The notes beneath the pieces were generated by a model, which searched no databases, had not been told where the DNA came from, and saw only the letters and a program-made list of their open reading frames with translations. Position numbers and translations under genes: made by a program. Below, piece after piece: positions 6,460 to 14,341 of a stretch of 24,000 nucleotides of DNA. Where the stretch lies: NCBI GenBank assembly GCA_036002525.1, contig DASYTG010000030.1, forward strand, positions 44,737 to 68,736, written 5' to 3'. Numbering within the stretch: position 1 is the first letter of the stretch; every line of letters begins with the position of its first letter. The DNA comes from Candidatus Limnocylindrales bacterium. GTDB taxonomy: Bacteria > Chloroflexota > Limnocylindria > Limnocylindrales > CSP1-4.

Positions 6460-8301
6460 TCAGGAGATGCGCCGCTCCCTGGACTCGGTGGCCAGGCGGT
6501 CCGCCAGGTCCTCCCAGCCGAGGGTCTCCTGCGGCTCGTCCTTGCCGGCGCCTCGGCGGCGGACGGTTCCCTGGCGGGCCTCGACCTCGCGGTCGCCGAG
6601 GACGACCATGTACGGCACCTTCTGGCCCTGGGCGAGGCGGATCTTGTTCTGCATCCGGCTGTCGGACGCGTCGACCTCGACCCGGAGGCCGCGGCCGCGC
6701 AGGACACCGGCCAGCTCCTCGGCCGCCGCGACGTGGCGGTCGGCGATCGGGACGATGACGGCCTGGACCGGCGCCAGCCAGAGCGGGAAGGCGCCGGCGA
6801 AATGCTCCGTGATGACGCCGATGAACCGCTCGAGCGACCCGTAGATCGCGCGGTGGATCGCGACCGGTCGCTGCTGGTGCCCCTCTTCGTCGATGTAGGT
6901 CAGGTCGAACCGCTCGGGCAGCATGACGAGGTCGACCTGGATCGTCGCCGTCTGCCACTCGCGGCCGAGGGCGTCCTCGACCTGGATGTCGATCTTCGGA
7001 GCGTAGAAGGCGCCGTCGCCCTCCTTGACCCGATACTCGGCGCCGGAGCCCTTCAGCGCTTCGAGGATCAGGGCTTCCGCCCGGTCCCACATCGCCGGAT
7101 CGCCAAGGGCCTTGGGGGGCCGCGTCCCGAACGTGAGCCGCGGCGTCAGCCCCACCCACGAGTAGGCCTCCGCCAGCTCGCCGAGCAACGCCTCGATCTC
7201 CGACCCGATCTGGTCCGGCCGGAGGTAGATGTGGGCGTCGTCGGTGACGAAGTGGCGGACCCGGGTCAGCCCGGACAGCGTGCCGGACAGCTCGTTCCGG
7301 TGGAGCTTGCCGTACTCGGACAGGCGGAGCGGGAGCTCCCGGTAGGAACGGACCCGGCTCCGGTAGACATACGTCGACTCGGGGCAGTTCATCGGCTTGA
7401 GGCTGAAGGTCTCGTCCTCGGCCTCGAACGTGAACATGTGCTCCCGGTAGAGGTCCCAGTGGCCGGACTGCTCCCACAGCTTTCGGTGGACGAGCGGCGG
7501 GGTGTAGATCTCCTGGTAGCCGCGGCGCTCCTGCAGCTCGCGCATCGCGCCTTCGAGCGTCCGGTAGAGCGTCCAGCCCTTCGGGTGCCAGAACGGCGCT
7601 CCGGGTGATACGTCGTGGAAGCTGAACAGGTCCAGCTGGACGCCGAGCCGCCGGTGGTCGCGCTTCTTCGCCTCTTCGCGCCGCCAGAGGTAGCGGTCGA
7701 GCTCGCCCTGGGTCGGCCAGACCGTGCCGTAGACCCGCTGGAGCATCGGGCGCTTCTCGTCGCCCCGCCAGTACGCCCCGGCCACCGCGAGCAGCTTGAA
7801 CGGCCCGATCCGGCCGGTGCTCTCGACATGCGGCCCCTTGCAGAGGTCGACGAACGGCCCGTGCTCGTAGACCGAGGTCGGCGGCATCGCCGAGCCGTCT
7901 GCCTTGGCCTTCGCCGCGAGGTCGTCGAGGATCTCGACCTTATACGGCTGGCCCCGCTTCTCGAAGAAGGCCCGGCCCTCGTCCGGGGGCAGCTCGCGTC
8001 GAATGAAGGGGTAGTCGGCGGCGACCGATTCGGCCATTCGGGCCTCGACCGCCGCGAGGTCGTCCGGCGTCAGCGTTCGGGGCAGCTCGAAGTCGTAGTA
8101 GAAGCCGCCTTCGATCGCCGGCCCGATCCCGAGCTTCGTGCCCGGGAACAGGTCCATGACCGCCTCGGCCATGACGTGCGCGGCCGAGTGGCGCATCGGG
8201 TCGAGCGGGTCGCCGGCGCGCGCGTCGAGCAGCTCATCGGCCGAGCCGCGCTTGGGCACGACGAGATCGACGGCCTCGTCCTCGTGATCCTTCTGTTCCA
8301 T
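6460..8301 (-). CDS. thrS: Threonine--tRNA ligase (short N-terminus, no recognisable TGS domain)
   Basis: ORF 6460..8484(-). The ATG at 8301 is preceded by GGAGG at 9 nt. Editing-domain HxxxH (RHSAAHVMAEAV), class II catalytic motifs and an anticodon-binding domain are present. ORF sequence upstream of 8301 is the T-box leader, not protein. Confidence 0.93.
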   Translation of the reverse strand: MEQKDHEDEAVDLVVPKRGSADELLDARAGDPLDPMRHSAAHVMAEAVMDLFPGTKLGIGPAIEGGFYYDFELPRTLTPDDLAAVEARMAESVAADYPFIRRELPPDEGRAFFEKRGQPYKVEILDDLAAKAKADGSAMPPTSVYEHGPFVDLCKGPHVESTGRIGPFKLLAVAGAYWRGDEKRPMLQRVYGTVWPTQGELDRYLWRREEAKKRDHRRLGVQLDLFSFHDVSPGAPFWHPKGWTLYRTLEGAMRELQERRGYQEIYTPPLVHRKLWEQSGHWDLYREHMFTFEAEDETFSLKPMNCPESTYVYRSRVRSYRELPLRLSEYGKLHRNELSGTLSGLTRVRHFVTDDAHIYLRPDQIGSEIEALLGELAEAYSWVGLTPRLTFGTRPPKALGDPAMWDRAEALILEALKGSGAEYRVKEGDGAFYAPKIDIQVEDALGREWQTATIQVDLVMLPERFDLTYIDEEGHQQRPVAIHRAIYGSLERFIGVITEHFAGAFPLWLAPVQAVIVPIADRHVAAAEELAGVLRGRGLRVEVDASDSRMQNKIRLAQGQKVPYMVVLGDREVEARQGTVRRRGAGKDEPQETLGWEDLADRLATESRERRIS

Positions 8302-8324
8302 CAGCGTCGCCTCCGCGAGAATCG

Positions 8325-8355
8325 AAAACCCCTCGCCCATCGACAGGACGAGAGG
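8325..8355 (-). terminator. Intrinsic terminator of the thrS T-box leader
   Basis: CCUCUCGUCC (8355-8346), loop UGUCGAU, GGGCGAGGGG (8338-8329), then UUUU (8328-8325). It lies directly after the T-box sequence and about 24 nt before the thrS ATG. Confidence 0.65.
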
Positions 8356-8520
8356 TTCACTCCCGCGGTCCCACCCGCCTTCGCCGCCGGCCGCGTGGCC
8401 TTCGGCGCGCTCGTGCCGCGTTAACGGGCGGACCCGGGCCGGTTCTCCGGCCGCTCGCGGGTGGTGCTCCGAGTCCCGATCCACCAGGCTCCCAGCGTTT
8501 ACCCGGCTCTCTGCGGAATC
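8325..8520 (-). promoter_or_regulatory. T-box riboswitch leader, threonine-specific (specifier ACC)
   Basis: On the minus strand, Stem I carries an AGAGAG bulge (8512-8507). The specifier-loop 3' side is GGAGC-ACC-A-CCCGCGAGC (ACC at 8465-8463), parallel to the glyQS GAA-GGC-A-CUUCGAGC arrangement. The T-box sequence AGGCGGGUGGGACCGCGGGA (8380-8361) matches GGGUGGNACCGCG and is followed by a terminator. Confidence 0.78.
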
Positions 8521-8563
8521 GGCGGAGACGGATCGTGTCCCGCTCGACGCGTTCGTTATCGAT

Positions 8564-8640
8564 TGGTGGGCGACACTGGGCTCGAACCAGTGACCTCTTG
8601 CATGTCAAGCAAGTGCTCTAACCAACTGAGCTAGCCGCCC
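8564..8640 (-). tRNA. tRNA-Val (anticodon GAC), CCA encoded
   Basis: The reverse complement reads GGGCGGC-UA-GCUC-AGUUGGUUA-GAGC-A-CUUGC-UUGACAU-GCAAG-AGGUC-ACUGG-UUCGAGC-CCAGU-GUCGCCC-A-CCA. This is a complete cloverleaf of 77 nt. Confidence 0.93.
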
Positions 8641-8674
8641 ACGGTGCGGCGCGGTTCCGTCGCGCCGCCGCCGA

Positions 8675-8704
8675 ATTCTAGCCGACCTGCCTCGAGCCGG
8701 ACAA
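8675..8704 (-). promoter_or_regulatory. Promoter for tRNA-Val (-35 TTGTCC, 18 nt spacer, -10 TAGAAT)
   Basis: Minus strand reads TTGTCC-GGCTCGAGGCAGGTCGGC-TAGAAT, about 35 nt upstream of the tRNA 5' end. It is AT-rich relative to its surroundings. Confidence 0.5.
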
Positions 8705-8776
8705 CCGAGCCCGAAGCGTATCCTTTCGAGGCCGGCGCGAGGTTCGCGGCGGTTCCCGCGCCCAGGGAGAGCCACG

Positions 8777-8941
8777 ATGACGCTGACCGCCCGAAACCTG
8801 CTGCTCCTCGTCGCCGTGATCCTGTTCGTCCTCGCCGCGCTCGGCATCGCCGTAGGAACGGTGTCGCTCGTCGACCTCGGCCTGGCGGCGTTCGCCGGCG
8901 CGTTCCTCGCCTCGGACACGGTCCTCGGCCGGCGTCTCTGA
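8777..8941 (+). CDS. Small hypothetical membrane protein, 54 aa, two predicted TM helices
   Basis: Below the ORF-track cutoff. ATG at 8777 follows GGGAGAG. Translation: MTLTARNLLLLVAVILFVLAALGIAVGTVSLVDLGLAAFAGAFLASDTVLGRRL*. Third positions are nearly all G/C (4 exceptions), consistent with coding. Confidence 0.55.
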   Translation: MTLTARNLLLLVAVILFVLAALGIAVGTVSLVDLGLAAFAGAFLASDTVLGRRL

Positions 8942-8961
8942 GAGCCGGGTCGATGGGGGGG

Positions 8962-9102
8962 CTAGTAGTCGCCCCGACCCTGGCTGGCGGCGGGCTGGGC
9001 GGACGCGCCCGGCCCGCCCGTTCCGGGCGGCTCCGTGCAGCCCGCCACGACGGCCAGTACGACGGCAACGAGGAGCAGGGCGACTCGTTTACGGACGTTC
9101 AT
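8962..9102 (-). CDS. Small putative lipoprotein, 46 aa
   Basis: This is the 3' end of the spurious ORF 8962..9609(-). ATG at 9102 follows AGGAAG. Translation: MNVRKRVALLLVAVVLAVVAGC-TEPPGTGGPGASAQPAASQGRGDY*. It has a basic n-region, a hydrophobic core and a V-A-G-C lipobox. Confidence 0.55.
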   Translation of the reverse strand: MNVRKRVALLLVAVVLAVVAGCTEPPGTGGPGASAQPAASQGRGDY

Positions 9103-9157
9103 GGATCTTCCTACGCGCGAAGCCGCGTGGCGGTTCTCGCTGCGGGCTCCGTCAGTG

Positions 9158-10003
9158 ATGATGACGGCTGTGCAGCGACTTCGTGCGCACGAGCTCATCG
9201 ACGCCGGCGACGGCCGCCGACTGGAACGGTTCGGGCCCAGGGTCGTCGATCGCCCGGCGCCAGCGGCATTCGAGCCGCGCCGCCAGATCGAGGAGTGGCG
9301 CGACGCCGACCTCCGGTTCGATCGCGACCGGGGCTGGCAGTCTCGCGGCGTGCCGCCGGAGCCGTGGACGATCGAGGTTGACGGATTGACGCTCGAGCTC
9401 CGCCCGACCGAGACGGGCCAGGTCGGTTGGTTCCCCGAGCACGCCGCTCTCTGGCCGTGGCTGCGGAGCGCCGTCGCAGACCGGCCGGGCAGCGAGGTCC
9501 TCCACCTGTTCGGATACACCGGCGCGACGACGCTCGCGCTCGCCCGCGACGGAACGCCGGTCGCCCACGTCGACGCGTCGCGCCCCGCCATCGCCTGGGC
9601 CCGCCGCAACGCGGAGCTGTCCGGCCTGGCCGGCGCGCCGGTCCGCTGGATCGTCGACGACGCCCGGTCGTACCTCCGGCGCGAGGCGCGGCGCGGTCGT
9701 CGGTATGGCGGAATCGTCCTCGATCCGCCGAGCTACGGTCACGGCACACGACGCCGGCGGTGGGAGCTCGACGCCGGCTTGCCACCGCTGCTCGACCGGG
9801 CGCTCGAGGTCGCGGCTCCGGGCGCCTTCCTTCTCCTGACGACCCACACGCCCGGCTGGGATGGGCCGCGGCTCGCCGCGTCGGTCGCGTCGGTGTTCGG
9901 ACGACGCCTGGCCGAATGCGCGAGCGGCGACCTCGAGCTTGAAGCCCGGTCCGGCGCGATCCTGCCGCTCGGGGCGTTCGCGCGCGCGAAGCTCGCCCCG
10001 TGA
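9158..10003 (+). CDS. Class I SAM-dependent (r)RNA methyltransferase, RlmI/RlmK-like catalytic domain
   Basis: ORF 9035..10003(+), ATG at 9158 (a GTG at 9155 and an ATG at 9161 are also possible). Motifs: VLHLFGYTGATTLALA (SAM motif I), HVDAS...AIAWARRNAELSG, YGGIVLDPPSYG. Confidence 0.75.
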   Translation: MMTAVQRLRAHELIDAGDGRRLERFGPRVVDRPAPAAFEPRRQIEEWRDADLRFDRDRGWQSRGVPPEPWTIEVDGLTLELRPTETGQVGWFPEHAALWPWLRSAVADRPGSEVLHLFGYTGATTLALARDGTPVAHVDASRPAIAWARRNAELSGLAGAPVRWIVDDARSYLRREARRGRRYGGIVLDPPSYGHGTRRRRWELDAGLPPLLDRALEVAAPGAFLLLTTHTPGWDGPRLAASVASVFGRRLAECASGDLELEARSGAILPLGAFARAKLAP

Positions 10004-10809
10004 GCCCGCCGCAGATCGCGAGCGCGGCCAATCCGCGCGTCAGGGCCGCGGCGCGACTCCGCGACCGACGGGCGCGGGACGAGTCCGGGCTGACGATCGT
10101 CGACGGCGGGCGCGAGGTGCGGCGTGCCCTCGAGGCCGGCGTCGAGGTCGAGGAGGCGTTCGTCTGCGAGTCGCTACTCCGAACCGACGACGCGCGGGCG
10201 GCGGTTCGGGCGCTCGAGGCGGCCGGGGCGCAGGCGTGGACGACGAGCGAGCCCGCGTTCGCGAAGGTCGCGTTCGGCGAGCGTGCCGAGGGAGTCGTGG
10301 CGATCGTTCGAATTCCTTCGACCGGGCTCGATGCGATTCGACTCCCCGTCGAACCCCTCATGGTCGTGCTCGAGGCGGTGGAGAAGCCCGGCAACCTCGG
10401 CGCAGTGCTGCGCAGCGCGGACGGAGCCGGCGCCGATGCCCTCCTCCTCGCCGATCCCCGGACGGACCCGTTCAATCCGAACGCCATCCGGGCGAGCGCC
10501 GGCACGGCCTTCAGCGTCCCGATGGCCACGGGATCCACCGCCGAAGTGCGAGCGTGGCTCGGCGCGCGGGGCATCCGCGCCGTCGCGGCCCGTCTCGACG
10601 CGGAGACGGAACCGTGGGACGCTGACCTCGGCGGTCCGCTCGCGATCGCGCTCGGGAGCGAGGCCGGCGGCCTGAGTCGCGCCTGGTCGACGGACGACGT
10701 CGCGGCGGTTCGCCTCCCTATGCTCGGCGTCGCGGACAGCCTGAACGTCTCGGTCGCGGCCGCAGTCCTGCTGTACGAAGCTCGCCGGCAGCGCGGCCGG
10801 GGGACGTGA
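10000..10809 (+). CDS. TrmH/SpoU-family RNA 2'-O-methyltransferase
   Basis: ORF 10000..10809(+). The GTG start overlaps the upstream stop (GTGA). SpoU motifs: VEKPGNLGAVLRSADGAGA, ALGSEAGGLS, LPMLGVADSLNVSVAAAVLLYE. Confidence 0.85.
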   Translation: MSPPQIASAANPRVRAAARLRDRRARDESGLTIVDGGREVRRALEAGVEVEEAFVCESLLRTDDARAAVRALEAAGAQAWTTSEPAFAKVAFGERAEGVVAIVRIPSTGLDAIRLPVEPLMVVLEAVEKPGNLGAVLRSADGAGADALLLADPRTDPFNPNAIRASAGTAFSVPMATGSTAEVRAWLGARGIRAVAARLDAETEPWDADLGGPLAIALGSEAGGLSRAWSTDDVAAVRLPMLGVADSLNVSVAAAVLLYEARRQRGRGT

Positions 10810-10823
10810 CGGAGGAGGAGCGC

Positions 10824-11720
10824 GTGGACCGATTGGACTTCGCGATCATCGGCGCCGGGCCGGCCGGCGAGGCCGCCGCGTTCAAGGCCCGGGAGCGAGA
10901 TGCACGGGCCGCGATCGTCGATCGCGTGGTTCGGCGGTAGCTGCCCCCACATCGGCTTCATCCCGTGGAAGTCGCTCCTCAGCGCCGCGGCGCGTCATGC
11001 CTGCGATCCGGCGTCGTACGACTGGGCCCGCGCGTCCGCCCGTCGCGACTACATGGTCAACCGCGCCGCCGATGCGGACGAGCCGGACGACACCTCGCAT
11101 GTCGCGGCGCTCGAGAAGGCAGGGGCTATCCCCTATCGCGGCACGGCCCGGATCACGGGCCGGGCCGCCTCGAGATCCACGAATCGGGTGAAGCACACGT
11201 TGTCGAGGCGGACAACGACATCGTCGCGGTCGGCTCCCTATCGAGGACGCCGCCGATCCCCGCTCTCGAGGAGATCGAGACGTGGAGGAACCGGGAAGCA
11301 ACGCTGGCGCGCGAGCTGCCGAAAAGCCTCGTCGTCCTCGGTGGCGGTCCGACCGGCTGCGAGATGGCCCAGGTCTACGCCCGCTTCGGGGTCCCGACGC
11401 GGCGATCGTCCAGGCCGGCGACCGCCTCACCCCCACAGACCATCCGCGGAATTCGGTGGCGATCGCGGACGGGCTGCGGGCATCGGGCGTCGACATTCGG
11501 CTCGAAGTCCGGGCCGTCAAGGCGCGGGCCAACGCCGGCCCCGACGGCGCGCACGTCGTCGACCTCGACGACGGCACGTCTGTCGAGGGCCGCGCGATCC
11601 TGCTCGCCGTCGGTCGGTCGATCCCGCTCGACGACCTGGGCCTCGAGCATTACGGGATCGACACGAGCGGAAGGACGGCGTTGCCGCGCGACGCCGGCTG
11701 CGGATCGCCGAGGGCCTTTA
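10824..11720 (+). pseudogene. Decayed pyridine nucleotide-disulfide (FAD/NAD) oxidoreductase, multiply frameshifted and 3'-truncated
   Basis: Homologous segments lie in different frames. They are DFAIIGAGPAGEAAAFKA (stop at 10938), WFGGSCPHIGFIPWKSLL, PGRLEIHE...DIVAVGSLSRTPPIPAL...LVVLGGGPTGCEMAQVYARFG, IVQAGDRL...AILLAVGRSIPLDDLGLEHYGID, and RLRIAEGLYA. The gene ends at the stop of the convergent amidohydrolase, and the dimerisation domain is missing. Confidence 0.75.
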
Positions 11721-13364
11721 CGCCTCGAACGCGACGGCGCCGTCGACGAGGACGAGGCGCGGGCGCGCGGTTGCGAGCGCACCGCCCGGTTCGACGGGCT
11801 CGCGAAGGGCCGCGACGGGGATCACGACGAGGTCGGCGCGCTGGCCGAGGGTCAGGCGGCCCCGGTCGCTCTCGGCGGCGGTGAGCGCCGGGCCGATCGT
11901 CGCCGCCCTGAGCGCCTGGTCGAGCGTTAACGCCTCCGCCGGGCCGAACGGCGCCGTCCCTGCGGGCCACGACGGGTCCGACCGCGTGACCGCCATCGCC
12001 AGGCCTGGCCACGGGTCGATCGGCTCGACCGGCGCGTCGGTCCCGAACGCCAGGAGCGCCGCGCACCGGGCCAGCGTCGCCCAGGTGTAGCCGAACCGCT
12101 CAGCGCGATCGCCCCACAACCGACGCGCGGCCACGGCGTCGGACCGGAGGTGGACGGGCTGGACGGAGGCCGCGATGCCCTCTCGCCCGAAACGCGCCAC
12201 GTCGTCCGGATGGACGAGCTGGACGTGCTCGAGGCGGGGCATGAGACGCGAGCGCCCGACAGTCTGCCCGAGCGCGTCGAGCGCAACCCGCACCGCGTGA
12301 TCCCCGATCGCGTGGATCTGCGACGCGATCCCGGCGGCAGCGGCACGTTCCGCGAACTCGGCGAGTGCCGCGGGTTCGGTCATGAAGACGCCCCGCTCCG
12401 TTCCCGCGGGGAGCGGCCGTCCAGGCTCGGGCTCGATCGGCTCCAGGAGCGCGGCCGTTCGTGACCCGAGCGTCCCGTCGGCGAACAGCTTCAGCCAGCC
12501 GACCCGGGCGCGGCCGCTCGGGTCACCAATCGGGTCGCCGCTCCGGAGACCGGCTCCGATCGCCGCATCGAGCTGCTCCGGCCGGATCGCGGCATGGACG
12601 CGGATCAGCAGGCGCCCGGCATCCGCGAGTTGCCGGTAGGCCTCGTACGCCGGTCCGAGCCCGCCCTGGAGCGACAGCTGCCCGGGATCGTGCACGGCCA
12701 CGACCCCGAGCGCCAGGAGGCGGCGGGCGAGCCTCCGAATGGCCTTCTCGAGATCATCGGCGGTGATCGCCGGGATCCGGCTCGTGACGAGCCTCGATGC
12801 CGCCTCGTGGAGAACTCCGGTCGGTCGGCCCGATTCGTCTCGCCGGATGATGCCGCCCGGCGGATCGGCCGTCGCGGTGTCGATTCCCGCGGCCGCCTGG
12901 CCCGCCTCGCTCGTCCAGAGCGCGTGATGGTCGTGGGCCCAGATCGCCGCCGGGCGGCCCGGTGCGACGCGCTCGAGGTCGGCGGCCGTCGGCCAGCCGC
13001 CCCACCGGTCGGACTCCCAGCCGTGGCCCTCGAGCCAGGCATCGGGCGGCAGCGATCCCTCCGCCGCGGCGATCAGGTCCAGGCCGTCGGCCAGTGTCGC
13101 CGCGGCGGAGAGGTCGACCTTCGATTCGCCGAGCGCTGTCTCGGCGAGGTGGAGGTGACTGTCGGTCAGGCCCGGGATCGCGACCTCGTCGGGAGCGAGG
13201 TCGATGCGGCGAGTCGACGGACCGGCGAGAGCATCGACGTCGGCCAGGCTGCCGGCCGCGATGACGTGCCCTGCCCCAATCGCGACTGCCTCGACGTATC
13301 CGGGCCCGTCCTCGCCGGCGAGCGTCGCGATCCTGCCGACGACGAGCAGGTCCGCCCTGCTCAC
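11718..13364 (-). CDS. Amidohydrolase family 3 (YtcJ-like metal-dependent hydrolase)
   Basis: ORF 11718..13592(-). The GTG at 13364 overlaps the asparaginase stop (GTGA). Motifs: PGLTDSHLHL (HxH), HAIGD, LEHVQL, AFGTDAP. Confidence 0.85.
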   Translation of the reverse strand: MSRADLLVVGRIATLAGEDGPGYVEAVAIGAGHVIAAGSLADVDALAGPSTRRIDLAPDEVAIPGLTDSHLHLAETALGESKVDLSAAATLADGLDLIAAAEGSLPPDAWLEGHGWESDRWGGWPTAADLERVAPGRPAAIWAHDHHALWTSEAGQAAAGIDTATADPPGGIIRRDESGRPTGVLHEAASRLVTSRIPAITADDLEKAIRRLARRLLALGVVAVHDPGQLSLQGGLGPAYEAYRQLADAGRLLIRVHAAIRPEQLDAAIGAGLRSGDPIGDPSGRARVGWLKLFADGTLGSRTAALLEPIEPEPGRPLPAGTERGVFMTEPAALAEFAERAAAAGIASQIHAIGDHAVRVALDALGQTVGRSRLMPRLEHVQLVHPDDVARFGREGIAASVQPVHLRSDAVAARRLWGDRAERFGYTWATLARCAALLAFGTDAPVEPIDPWPGLAMAVTRSDPSWPAGTAPFGPAEALTLDQALRAATIGPALTAAESDRGRLTLGQRADLVVIPVAALREPVEPGGALATARPRLVLVDGAVAFEA

Positions 13365-14341
13365 TGCGGATCCGCGAGCAATGCGGCGAGGCCGTCCCGG
13401 TCGAGCCCGGCGCCGATCCCGAGGGCGAGCGCGACCCGCGCCTTCGGGCCGCCCAGGTAGCCCGCCGGCAGCGCGCCGGCGCGAATCCACTGCGCGCCGC
13501 CGCCGGGAAAGCCGTAGTACGGCCCCACCTGGCCCGCGGCAGAGCGGGTCGTCAGCACTACGGGGATCCCCCTGTCCAGCGCCCGCACGCACGCCTCGAG
13601 GAGGCGCGGATCGGTGTTGCCCGCGCCGTGGGCCTCGACGACGAACCCGTCCGCGCCGGCGGTCATCGCGGCATCGACAAGCGTCCCGTCGATCCCGGCG
13701 TGAGCCGTGATGAGATGGATCCGCTCGGCGGCCCGCTCCGTGTCGACGTGTCGCCGGACCGTGCGCCGCCGCAGGACGACCACCCGCTCCCCTTCGACGC
13801 GGCCGATCGGCCCGAGGTTCAGGCTCCGGAACGTCTCGAGGGCTGTGGCATGCGTCTTCGTGACGTCGTCGGCGGCATCGATCGACCGGGCGAGGACGAC
13901 GACGACGCCCTGGTCGTGCATCTGCTCGCTAGCCGCGACGCGCACGGCGTCTCGGAGGTTCGCAGGACCGTCGTAGCCCGCCTCGCTGGCCGCTCGCATC
14001 GCGCCGGTGAAGACGACCGGCTTCGGGCCTGTCAGGACGAGGTCGAGGAAGAAGCTGGATTCCTCGATCGAATCGGTTCCCTGGGCGACGACGCAGCCGT
14101 CTACGTCGGGCGCCTCGAGCGCGGATCGGACGGTGTCGGCCAGGCCGAACAGGTACGGGAACGTGAAGTGGCTCGCCGCGGTGAAGCCACGGTCGATCGG
14201 CACGACGTCGGCGATCTCGGACAGGCCCGGCGTGCGGGCGAGGATCGCGGCTCCGTCGAGCATCGGGACGTTCCCCCCGGCCGCCGCGTCGAACTGGCTG
14301 CTGATCGTTCCGCCGGTGAAAACGACCGCGACCCGGCTCAT
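13361..14341 (-). CDS. L-asparaginase/glutaminase family protein (type I-like)
   Basis: ORF 13361..14542(-). The ATG at 14341 overlaps the GT2 stop (ATGA). Motifs: VVFTGGTISS (TGGTI catalytic Thr), AQGTDSIEE (GTDT-like), VFTGAMR. Confidence 0.85.
   Translation of the reverse strand: MSRVAVVFTGGTISSQFDAAAGGNVPMLDGAAILARTPGLSEIADVVPIDRGFTAASHFTFPYLFGLADTVRSALEAPDVDGCVVAQGTDSIEESSFFLDLVLTGPKPVVFTGAMRAASEAGYDGPANLRDAVRVAASEQMHDQGVVVVLARSIDAADDVTKTHATALETFRSLNLGPIGRVEGERVVVLRRRTVRRHVDTERAAERIHLITAHAGIDGTLVDAAMTAGADGFVVEAHGAGNTDPRLLEACVRALDRGIPVVLTTRSAAGQVGPYYGFPGGGAQWIRAGALPAGYLGGPKARVALALGIGAGLDRDGLAALLADPQ

Noticed and set aside
8357-8608. 83-aa minus ORF and other track ORFs overlapping the tRNA-Val and T-box region (8605..8919, 8631..9068, 8644..9381).
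   Set aside because: They overlap a clear tRNA, a T-box leader and a promoter. Their composition is Arg/Pro-rich and they carry no motifs.
8945-8983. GC hairpin between the convergent small genes, considered as a bidirectional terminator.
   Set aside because: The stem is imperfect, with a 6-nt asymmetric internal loop, and has no U-tract on either strand. It is mentioned only as context, not called as a feature.
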